NCBI GenBank assembly: GCA_028695495.1
Contig: JAQVIX010000006.1
Coordinates: 335-64,334 of the forward strand
Length of the DNA stretch: 64,000 nt
Source of the DNA: Candidatus Cloacimonadota bacterium
Lineage (GTDB): Bacteria; Cloacimonadota; Cloacimonadia; Cloacimonadales; Cloacimonadaceae
Reading direction: 5' to 3'
Shown: positions 27,371 to 35,117 of the stretch, one piece after another
Position numbering within the stretch: position 1 is the stretch's first letter
How the letters are laid out: each line of letters starts with the position of its first letter
Program-made: the position numbers and the translations under genes
The notes under the pieces: model-generated
What the model was told of the DNA's origin: nothing
Database searches by the model: none
The model's input: only the letters and a program-made list of their open reading frames with translations

Positions 27371-27654
27371 TATGTCTCCTTAGATATTATCTATAAATAT
27401 TTTCTTAAGATTTACACTCTTTTTTAAGCGCCTCTTTACGTCAAGTTTTTTTTTGAGAAGCAATCCTTTTTTAATATTTTTGAGCGTTTTAAGGCGCTAC
27501 GTAGGCGGCAGGCAGCAGGCGCAGGTGGCGGATCGCCGCAGCAGTTTCGATAATATTTGTTCTTTTTTAGATCGTTCTGAGATTCAGGAAGATGAAATTA
27601 ACCGCAAATGAGTGCAATTGAATCTTGCAATCAAAACCGGCGGTTGCTCGTCTG

Positions 27655-27720
27655 ATGCCCTCGCAATGCCCTCATCTCTACCGGCTTTTTGTGGGTCGAG
27701 GCGAGGGCATTGTGAGGGCA
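27655..27720 (-). repeat. Palindromic repeat family B copy 2
   Basis: TGCCCTCGCAATGCCCTCATCTCTACC-GGCTTTTTGT-GGGTCGAGGCGAGGGCATTGTGAGGGCA is the reverse complement of the 47898-47962 copy with a few changes. Confidence 0.85.
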
Positions 27721-27735
27721 ACAAAGGAGGAAGGA

Positions 27736-27974
27736 GGCTGTCCCGAAATGCCAAAACCAAGCACGATATCTGTCACATTGGAAATGTAGGGGCGCATTGC
27801 TTTGCGTCCGCTTTTAACAAATCGTGCGCAAAGCGCACACCGCAATAAATTGATACTGAGTCCGTAATGATTACCTGTTGCGTGTAAAATTCGGCGGGTT
27901 CAATGCCTTGAACCCCTACATTTCAGGTGTGGACATTTCTTGATATTGTGTTGTTTGCGTATTACTGGACAGCC
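27736..27974 (-). repeat. Repeat family A copy 2
   Basis: GGCTGTCCCGAAATGCC...GCGTATTACTGGACAGCC. Contains the perfect GTAG-headed palindrome (reverse complement) GTAGGGGTTCAAGGCATTGAACCC. Confidence 0.85.
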
Positions 27975-28276
27975 TCACCGTTAAAGAATTGGTATATATA
28001 TTGCGTAATGATTGTATGATGTTTTTGAATTTTGCGGGCTTTGGCGCCCTCAAGCCCCTACAGACATATTCCAAGCTTATCTTGATGATTGTGTTCATTT
28101 TCGTAAATGTGAAGATTTTGAGGGCATACACGCAGGTCTGCCCCTACAATTCCATGGTGGCATTCGCGTAAATTAGCGGTTAAAACCCTTATGCCGCAGT
28201 TCGTGAAGTCAATGTCGCTTCCAAATGCGCTCTATTATTATTCAGGCGGATAAGCGCCATTAATTCCACGCCTGGC

Positions 28277-28322
28277 TTAATTCGTGGTCATTCGTGTTTT
28301 CATTCGTGTTAATTAGTGGTAG
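28277..28322 (+). repeat. Phased ATTCGTG array (family F) copy
   Basis: ATTCGTG at 28280, 28290 and 28302, and ATTAGTG at 28312 (spacing 10, 12, 10 bp). Confidence 0.75.
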
Positions 28323-28443
28323 TGTCTTCTATTCCAGCTCTACTTTATGTCGCTTCCAACACATTATGTTTCAAACGAGCGCAGCTACAATCAACCTGCG
28401 CTTGCGCAGCCGCCATTATTCATTGCAATTGAGTGCGTTGCCC

Positions 28444-29340
28444 CTAAAGCTGCTTCAACAGCAAATCCCAAATACTCACCGGTATTTTCCCGCTAAATTG
28501 ATACGGCTCTCTTATCGTCATGCCCAAGGCATCGATTATTACCGTGCCTTTCACGGTATAGGCTATCTCGCCTTTGAACACCCCTTTGGCGGCGCCCACT
28601 ACGGATTTGAGGTTTGAAAGCTCAAAAATCATGGTGCCATCTTTGTAAAAGATATGCTCGTTAAAGCTCATCTGGCTTTTAAGCTGTCCACTACCCACCT
28701 CTTTATCGTCGATATAGATTTTGGCGGGAAAGCCTTTGAGATTGAAGCTAAAGCCATAAGGATTCATCAGGATAAAATCCGCATTCAGGCTGGATTTACT
28801 TAAGCCCACTTCGTCCAAATAGGTGCGGGTAAGCTTAAAGAGATCCTGTCCGCTGCCCTTCAAACTGCCCAGCGCTTTTTCCAGATGTTCTTTTAGCGAA
28901 ACACTATAGGGTTCTTCAAAGCTGAACTTTTTGCCGATACCCATCGCCTTGGCTTCGCCTTTTGCCGAGATATAAAACTGCACATCCTGATTCAGGTTGT
29001 TTACGCTTTTGATCAAAGGGCGGGTATAAAGCGTCACCTTCAGATCCAGATTCGTGCTCTTTTTGCCGGGTAAATCCAGATGTTTGGCTAACTGGGATTC
29101 GCCCACTATATTGCGGTTTTTATCCATCAAATCAAGCTTCAGGCTGCTTAGGCGGATGCTGTATTTATTGGGGTTTTTGATCATTAGCGATAGCTTTAGT
29201 TCGCTTCTATCTGGCGAAAAGGAAACCAATTGCAAATCCAATATCTTCTGCAGCTCCGGCTTTTTGAAAAGCATTTTGCAAGAACTAAGCAACATTAGCA
29301 AAACTACAAGGCTAAGGATATATTTTACTTTCATCATCAC
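28444..29340 (-). CDS. Lipoprotein with two LEA_2/WHy-like (LEA14-type) domains
   Basis: 298 aa. Lipobox LLMLLSSC. Two repeated segments (LKLSLMIKNPNKYSIRLSSLKLDL... and LNADFILMNPYGFSFNLKGFPAKIYI...) resemble LEA_2 domains. Confidence 0.6.
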   Translation of the reverse strand: MMMKVKYILSLVVLLMLLSSCKMLFKKPELQKILDLQLVSFSPDRSELKLSLMIKNPNKYSIRLSSLKLDLMDKNRNIVGESQLAKHLDLPGKKSTNLDLKVTLYTRPLIKSVNNLNQDVQFYISAKGEAKAMGIGKKFSFEEPYSVSLKEHLEKALGSLKGSGQDLFKLTRTYLDEVGLSKSSLNADFILMNPYGFSFNLKGFPAKIYIDDKEVGSGQLKSQMSFNEHIFYKDGTMIFELSNLKSVVGAAKGVFKGEIAYTVKGTVIIDALGMTIREPYQFSGKIPVSIWDLLLKQL

Positions 29341-29345
29341 CTCTT

Positions 29346-31298
29346 TTAGCCAAACTTACGTGCCCAGATTTCCAGGGCGATTACATTGAACAAAGTCTCG
29401 GCATCTCTGGTTTTCCCTTTCAGATAGCCCTGCCAATGCTCGTGAATGCGGGGAAGATCCCAGATGCCGCGCTTTCTAAACTCGATGCTATGCAGTATTT
29501 CGTTGATAAAGCCCTTCATTTCGCTGCGCATCCAGCTTTGGGTAATGGGGCTGCCAAATACGCTCTTATCCTTACGTTCATAGATTTCGCGCGGGATTGA
29601 TGGCTCCATCGCCTTGCGATGTATGTGTTTACGATACGGCGGCTGAATCTTGTAATGCGAGGGCAGGCTAAATACAAAATCCACCAAACGGTAATCCAAA
29701 AAGGGCACTCTGCCTTCCACGCTATTGCCCATGCTCATACGGTCTTCAAAGTGCAATTGACTCTGAATAGAGGTATTACGCATCATGTTGTAAAGGAAGT
29801 TTGAGAGCCGCGAGCTTTTAATATCGTAAATCTCGCCTAATATATGCCCCTTTTCCTGCCGCCGCGCCTGCTGAATAAAATCAGCCGCAAAGGGTTCAAA
29901 ACGGTAGCTTTTTAGTTCCAGATAGTAAAGCCAGGATTCCAGGCAAAAGCTGCTGAGCGCTATCTTGCCCATTGTGGCGATATTTTCCAGGGGATTCGGT
30001 TCCAAAAAACTGTCAATTTCACGGCTGAACTTGCCAAACTCCCGCCCCCGCAGAAGGTCGGCAAAATAGCGGTACGTGGCATGGCGGTAACCAGCGGAGA
30101 TTTCGTCTGAACCGTGCCCCGAAAGCAAGACCGTTACCCCGCGTTCCCGTGCCCGTTTCATGATCGCATATTGCGAGATAAAGCCATGATTTACCGGAAG
30201 ATCGTTCAGGTAAGTGGCATCTTCCCAAGCGGCAATGGCGTCCGCGGCAGTAGGGGCGATAAGCTCGTTTTTTACACCCGTTTCCCGCACCATTATCTCG
30301 ATCCATTTGCGTTCATCCAACGCCGCTGCTTCCGGATAGTAGGTGGAAAAAGTCTGCATGGGATAATCCAGTATCTGGCTGGCAGCGCTTACAATAGCGC
30401 CGGAATCCATCCCGCCGGAAAGCGTGGCGCCCACCTCCACATCGCAGCGGAGGTTCAGGCTCAAGGAATCCAAAAATAGCTCGCGATAGTGCGCTACGGC
30501 ATCCTCAAAAGGCATTTGGCTGGTTTCAAATGTACCCACATCCAGCGCATAATACTCGCTCTGGGTAATTTCGCCATTTTCGATGCTGATATAATGCCCC
30601 GGTACCAACGCTTTAATCTCCTGCCAAAAGCTTTGGTCTTCATACGCTAAAAGACCATTTATCTTCATATTGCGCCATAGCATGGCGGGGTTCCAGGCTT
30701 TGGAGATGGGGCACTGGAGAAGCTGCTTCAGTTCACTGCCCCAATAGATGGTGCCGCTTTCTATAGCGTAATAAAAGGGTTTGATGCCAAAGCGGTCGCG
30801 GCTAAGTAGCAGCCTGCGTTTATTGTTGTCCCAGATCGCAAATGCCCACATGCCGTTTAGGCGGCTCTGCATGGCGTCGCCCCAGGCGTGGTAAGCCTTT
30901 AAGATCACCTCGGTATCGCTCTTGCTAAAGAACTTATATCCCATACTGGTAAGCTCTTGGCGCAATTCTATGTGATTGTAAATCTCGCCATTGAAGATAA
31001 TTGCCAGGTTTAGCTCGCTATCGTGCATGGGTTGATGCCCGCTCGCCTGCAATTCCACGGTGGGTAAACGCCGGAAACCAAAGCCCAAAACTGGGTTATG
31101 CCGACTGTGTTCCTGCCAGTATTCTTTCAAGCTGCATTTGCCGTCATAAGCGTGGATTTCGCCCTTTTGCGGCTGCACCAGCAGATAGCCCTCGTCATCG
31201 GGTCCCCGGTGAATAATGAGGCCTGTCATGCGTTTCAGCAGCTCAAAATCTATGCCTTTATGCTCCTTATAACTGTATATTCCAGATATTCCGCACAT
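29346..31298 (-). CDS. asnB: Asparagine synthase (glutamine-hydrolysing)
   Basis: 650 aa. N-terminal MCGI nucleophile and PP-loop LSGGMDSGAIVS. Confidence 0.88.
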   Translation of the reverse strand: MCGISGIYSYKEHKGIDFELLKRMTGLIIHRGPDDEGYLLVQPQKGEIHAYDGKCSLKEYWQEHSRHNPVLGFGFRRLPTVELQASGHQPMHDSELNLAIIFNGEIYNHIELRQELTSMGYKFFSKSDTEVILKAYHAWGDAMQSRLNGMWAFAIWDNNKRRLLLSRDRFGIKPFYYAIESGTIYWGSELKQLLQCPISKAWNPAMLWRNMKINGLLAYEDQSFWQEIKALVPGHYISIENGEITQSEYYALDVGTFETSQMPFEDAVAHYRELFLDSLSLNLRCDVEVGATLSGGMDSGAIVSAASQILDYPMQTFSTYYPEAAALDERKWIEIMVRETGVKNELIAPTAADAIAAWEDATYLNDLPVNHGFISQYAIMKRARERGVTVLLSGHGSDEISAGYRHATYRYFADLLRGREFGKFSREIDSFLEPNPLENIATMGKIALSSFCLESWLYYLELKSYRFEPFAADFIQQARRQEKGHILGEIYDIKSSRLSNFLYNMMRNTSIQSQLHFEDRMSMGNSVEGRVPFLDYRLVDFVFSLPSHYKIQPPYRKHIHRKAMEPSIPREIYERKDKSVFGSPITQSWMRSEMKGFINEILHSIEFRKRGIWDLPRIHEHWQGYLKGKTRDAETLFNVIALEIWARKFG

Positions 31299-31460
31299 TC
31301 ATCTACTCCTTTGAGATTCACAGACAAAATATTGGGATAAAAGTCAAGCAGAATAATTTAAAGAGGGATTTACCCGAGCAAAATCGAAAACAACGGAGAA
31401 TTTGATTGACAGTATTTGCCCCACTTAATACCCTGCATCTATCAAGAAGGAGTGATCTAA

Positions 31461-32507
31461 ATGAGTGCAAAAAAAGTGCTTGGACAGTATTTCACCAAAA
31501 AAGACCTCTGGCTGAAGCCGCAGGTGGAAGCTTTTATCGTAAATAGTAAATGCAGTATTGCTTACGACCCTTTTGCCGGCAATGGCGATATGCTGGAAAC
31601 TATCAAAGGTATAGGTGAAATCAAACAAACGGTGGGCTTGGACATTGACCCCAAGCTTTCCTGGCGGCTAAATGACAGCCTCCAAGCCATCCCTGCGCTC
31701 GAAAACGCCATCATCATTACCAATCCCCCTTATCTGGCAAAATACAGCGCCAAACGTAAACAAATCCATCATGAATTGGAATATTATTACCAAAAAAGTG
31801 GATTCGTAGATATCTATCAATTGGCGCTGTTTAACACCCTGCAAAGCGCAAAATATGTGGTGGCGATCATCCCCGAAACCTTTGTAAACAGCCGCTTTTC
31901 CTATATGAACCGCTTAAGCCAGATTACGGTATTGGAAGAAAACCCTTTTGAAGATACGGAAAACCCCGTTTGCGTGGTTTGCTTCGATGGCAAAATCAAG
32001 AATTACGACCAGATAAAGATTTACAAAAACGATAAATACATCTGCACTTTGGACGATCTGGAACGGCACCGCCTAAAACCCAGATTTAGTGCAAGAATCA
32101 CCTTCAATACCCCAGAAGGGAAGATCGCCCTGCGCGGAGTGGATTCTACCAATACCCAAAACCCCATCAGCTTTATGCGTGAAGATGAATTGGATTATGA
32201 CACCAAACTTGTGAAAGCCAGCTCCCGCCTGATTACACTCATTGATATCGACTCACGCTATCAGCCCTATGTAGATGACATAATCCAGGAATCAAACCAA
32301 ATCCTGAAAAACTATCGCAATATTACAAAAGACCTGCTGCTCTCCCCCTTCAAAGGAAATCAAAAGAATGGAGTGCGCCGCCGCCGCCGGCTGGATTACA
32401 AGAGCGCCCGCGCCATCCTGGAGATGGCGATAGACCGGGTGAACGGAAATAATGATTCGTGCTCAAACTTGGTGAGTAATTCAGGATGGTTTGGGGTGTC
32501 TGTATAA
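31461..32507 (+). CDS. Type II N6-adenine DNA methyltransferase (gamma-class motif order), no cognate nuclease seen
   Basis: 348 aa. LGQYFTKK (motif X), DPFAGNGDML (motif I, FxGxG), IIITNPPY (motif IV). RBS AAGGAG 8 nt upstream. Confidence 0.8.
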   Translation: MSAKKVLGQYFTKKDLWLKPQVEAFIVNSKCSIAYDPFAGNGDMLETIKGIGEIKQTVGLDIDPKLSWRLNDSLQAIPALENAIIITNPPYLAKYSAKRKQIHHELEYYYQKSGFVDIYQLALFNTLQSAKYVVAIIPETFVNSRFSYMNRLSQITVLEENPFEDTENPVCVVCFDGKIKNYDQIKIYKNDKYICTLDDLERHRLKPRFSARITFNTPEGKIALRGVDSTNTQNPISFMREDELDYDTKLVKASSRLITLIDIDSRYQPYVDDIIQESNQILKNYRNITKDLLLSPFKGNQKNGVRRRRRLDYKSARAILEMAIDRVNGNNDSCSNLVSNSGWFGVSV

Positions 32508-32529
32508 CCTGCTATTTGTGAACATTAAG

Positions 32530-32732
32530 CCAGTCTTGTCCCATCAGGGACAGTGGTTTAGATAGCCCAGGGTGTTAGTGTTCCAATATGAGCTTGCGAA
32601 TATTGGAACACGATCACCCTGGGTAAGGGTAGCGTATTGATGTATGTTGTTTTATCCCCCGTCCTCCTCTTTTTTTATGTCCAAAATCTGCGGATTTTGG
32701 ACATAAAAAAAGAGGAGGGACGGGTTTTATTT
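32530..32732 (+). repeat. Structured element family C copy 1 (candidate ~200-nt ncRNA or hairpin recombination site)
   Basis: Conserved 5' module with hairpin TGTCCC-ATCA-GGGACA. Closing helix CCCAGGGTG/CACCCTGGG around a copy-specific 12-bp hairpin. A ~30-bp near-perfect hairpin is followed by GGGTTTTATTT. Aligns with 63794-63996. Confidence 0.8.
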
Positions 32733-32750
32733 CCTCATAAAAACTTCATT

Positions 32751-32831
32751 TTACCCAGGGTTTATTTTGCCCAAAATTAGCATTTTGGACAAAAACACCC
32801 TGGGCTATCTGAAATGCCGTTCCTACGGAAC
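32751..32831 (-). repeat. Family C partial copy, inverted, converging on copy 1
   Basis: The reverse complement reads GTTCC-GTA-GGAAC GGCATTTCAGATAGCCCAGGGTG [TTTTGTCCAAAAT-GCTA-ATTTTGGGCAAAA] ACCCTGGGTAAA. It has the same architecture with different stem sequences. Confidence 0.75.
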
Positions 32832-32907
32832 TCCATTCGGAGTGCATGTTTGGCATTTGCGGAAAGCCGTAACGCTGATTATATATGTATAGGGATACCC
32901 ACCCTGT

Positions 32908-33102
32908 TTGAAAGAGAGCCCTTATTTAGATGGCTTCTATTTCAATATCATAATCAAAAAGGAGTTGGAAAGAACCCAGAGCCGTGCCCGCCGGCAGTCC
33001 AAGCCACAAATCCAATTACGCAATATCCGCCAAAACCTTGCAAATAACGGCTCAAACTATTTTGTAAATACCGCGGGCTTCAAAGAGCTGATCAGCCGCT
33101 AA
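32908..33102 (+). CDS. Possible small basic protein or gene remnant (very uncertain)
   Basis: 64-aa ORF with a TTG start (frame open only from 32893). Basic stretch KKELERTQSRARRQSKPQIQLRNIRQ. Followed 25 nt later by a hairpin at 33127-33154. No family recognised. Confidence 0.2.
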   Translation: MKESPYLDGFYFNIIIKKELERTQSRARRQSKPQIQLRNIRQNLANNGSNYFVNTAGFKELISR

Positions 33103-33126
33103 TACCTTTGCATTTCCCCAAATATC

Positions 33127-33154
33127 AAAAGGCGGGCATCACACCTGCCTTTCA
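33127..33154. terminator. Terminator-like hairpin, direct-repeat copy of the hairpin at 35070-35097
   Basis: AAAAGGCGGGCATCACACCTGCCTTTCA has stem AAAGGCGGG/CCTGCCTTT (one G-T). The U-tract is better on the minus strand, although no minus-strand gene ends here. Confidence 0.5.
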
Positions 33155-33417
33155 CTAATCTACCGTATATAGAGAGTTGAGGAACCGGTTTGGACTTCAA
33201 ACTGCATTTCCGGTGATTTGAAATCCAATCTGGCGCATAACTATCTGTATATGTATAGTTTGTGAAGCTGCCATGAACTGCAAAGTGTCAAAGCGGAGTA
33301 TGACACCCCAATCCGACAAAATCCCATAAAACCCTATCGTAAAAAGCATCGTCTCCAATAAACAATCCGCGTAATCTGCGCACTTTTCAGATCTGTGTAT
33401 ATCTGCGTGAAACCCAA

Positions 33418-33470
33418 AAACACCCTTGGATTTACACGGAAAACCTCGCTAAACACCCTTGGATTTACAC
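33418..33470 (+). promoter_or_regulatory. Two exact 20-bp direct repeats upstream of the ATPase gene (candidate operator/iteron pair)
   Basis: AAACACCCTTGGATTTACAC at 33418-33437 and 33451-33470 (33-bp period). A TTGACA hexamer follows at 33489-33494. Confidence 0.4.
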
Positions 33471-33549
33471 ATTACATCAAAATAACACTTGACATAAATC
33501 CCACTATTGCAAGATGCTACACCATAGTATCAAAAAGGAGATATGCACG

Positions 33550-34890
33550 ATGCTTTTTTGGCGAAAAACTTTGGATGATCTGCGTGCCTGGGCTGCCTCA
33601 CCCTACCGCCGTTCTTTAATCCTCAGGGGTGCGCGCCAGGTAGGAAAAACTACGGTAGTGCGCCTCTTTGCGGCAGATTTTGATACCTTTATCGAGCTCA
33701 ATCTGGAAAGAGAAAACGATCGGGATTTGTTTTTTAGCGGGACTGAAGTGCAAAAGGTTTTAAACAACATCAAAATCGCCAAAAACATCGGTGATACCAG
33801 CGGCAAAACCCTGCTTTTTATCGATGAAATCCAAAACTCAGCCAATGCACTCCTCAGTTTGCGCTATTTTTACGAACTAATGCCAGAGCTTTACGTAGTG
33901 GCGGCGGGTTCGCTATTGGATGCCTATTTGGCAAAAGGGAGATTCCAGGTTTCGGTAGGCCGGATCGAGTATCTATGGGTCTATCCGCTGGACTTTGAAG
34001 AGTATCTGAATGCCCTTGATCTGAAACCGCTTTTGCAGGCTTTGGATGCAGACGCAATCCCCCAATACATATACCCCACTCTGAGAACGCATTACACCGA
34101 GTTTGCCATGGTGGGTGCGATGCCGGAAGTGGTAAAAATCTGGCAACAAAGCCGGGATATTGCGGTTGTGCGCGGAGTACAAGCGGCTATTGTGGCTGCT
34201 TTTCGGGACGACGTGGCAAAATACGCCGCGAATCCGGCGCAAAATGAACTCATTTTGCAGGTCTTGGATAATGCCTATCAGCATGTCTCAAAGCGCATTA
34301 GCTTTGAAAACTATGGTGGTACAGCGGCCCGCAGCGATCAGGTGAAAGCCGTGTTTCAGCTTTTGGAACAGGTGAATCTCTTCTTTCTCTTGTACCCCAC
34401 TTCCGCGCTTGAAATCCCCGCTTTGCCAAAATATCAGAGAAGACCAAAGCTTTTGGCTTACGATCTGGGTATGGTAAACTATGTACTGGGAATCCAAGAT
34501 AACTACTACGGAAATGATGATTTACACTCTATTTTCAAAGGGGCGGCGATGGAACAAATGGTGGGGCAAGAACTGAGAAGTCTGCAACATAAAGAAAACT
34601 TTAAGCTAAAATATTGGGTGCGGGATCGCCGCAATTCCAGCGCAGAAATCGATTATTTATTGGATTGGCAAGGTGAATTGATCCCAGTGGAAGTAAAAGC
34701 GGGCAAAAGCGGTAGCATGAAATCGCTTTTTATCTTTATGGATGAAGCCAAAACGGATATTGCGATCCGTATTCACGATGGCTTGACCGCTTGGGAAGAG
34801 CTTACGACCAGTTCCGGGAAAAAGTTCCGCTTGCTAAATCTCAATCTGGCTTTGGTAAATAAAGTATTTGGGTATTTGAAGAAGGGATAG
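33550..34890 (+). CDS. AAA+ ATPase with C-terminal DUF4143-like domain
   Basis: Walker A RGARQVGKTT and Walker B LLFIDEIQ. C-terminal EIDYLLDW...IPVEVKAGKS is typical of the DUF4143 family. I prefer the ATG at 33550 (AAGGAG 9 nt upstream) to the ORF-track start at 33514. Confidence 0.8.
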   Translation: MLFWRKTLDDLRAWAASPYRRSLILRGARQVGKTTVVRLFAADFDTFIELNLERENDRDLFFSGTEVQKVLNNIKIAKNIGDTSGKTLLFIDEIQNSANALLSLRYFYELMPELYVVAAGSLLDAYLAKGRFQVSVGRIEYLWVYPLDFEEYLNALDLKPLLQALDADAIPQYIYPTLRTHYTEFAMVGAMPEVVKIWQQSRDIAVVRGVQAAIVAAFRDDVAKYAANPAQNELILQVLDNAYQHVSKRISFENYGGTAARSDQVKAVFQLLEQVNLFFLLYPTSALEIPALPKYQRRPKLLAYDLGMVNYVLGIQDNYYGNDDLHSIFKGAAMEQMVGQELRSLQHKENFKLKYWVRDRRNSSAEIDYLLDWQGELIPVEVKAGKSGSMKSLFIFMDEAKTDIAIRIHDGLTAWEELTTSSGKKFRLLNLNLALVNKVFGYLKKG

Positions 34891-34939
34891 TATCGGGTTC
34901 AAGGTTCAAGGTAGCTGCGCTAAATGCGTAGAGCTGGGG

Positions 34940-34985
34940 ATATTCGTGAGAATTCGTATAAGCATTCGTGTTCATTAGTGGTAAA
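34940..34985 (+). repeat. Phased ATTCGTG array (family F) copy
   Basis: ATTCGTG 34942, ATTCGTA 34952, ATTCGTG 34964, ATTAGTG 34974. The 10, 12, 10 spacing matches the copy at 28280. Confidence 0.75.
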
Positions 34986-35069
34986 ACCGTCGTCTTTCCC
35001 GGTAGTGAAAAACCCGGTGTTCTCGATGGTAGATAATCTGCATGAAACACAAGCACTTCAGCACGCAAA

Positions 35070-35097
35070 AAAAGGCGGGCATCACACCCGCCTTTCA
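35070..35097 (-). terminator. Rho-independent terminator of the CoADR-fusion gene (also closes the convergent ATPase gene)
   Basis: Stem AAAGGCGGG/CCCGCCTTT with a 7-nt loop. On the minus strand it is followed by TTTTTTTG. It lies 20 nt downstream of the stop at 35118. Confidence 0.8.
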
Positions 35098-35117
35098 TAC
35101 ATTATTATCTTTTCTCT

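Noticed and set aside
27480-27545. GC-rich GGCGGCAGGCAGCAGGCGCAGGTGGCGGATCGCCGCAGCAG tract upstream of rpsP as a possible regulatory element
   Set aside because: There is only one occurrence, no clear hairpin or phasing, and I could not support a promoter assignment (no convincing -35/-10 pair at proper spacing).
32661-32721. Long hairpin of family C as a retron msd or an integron attC site
   Set aside because: No reverse transcriptase or integron integrase gene is present in the window. The flanks do not match attC R-box consensus (GTTRRRY). These ideas are kept only as mechanistic analogies in the finding.
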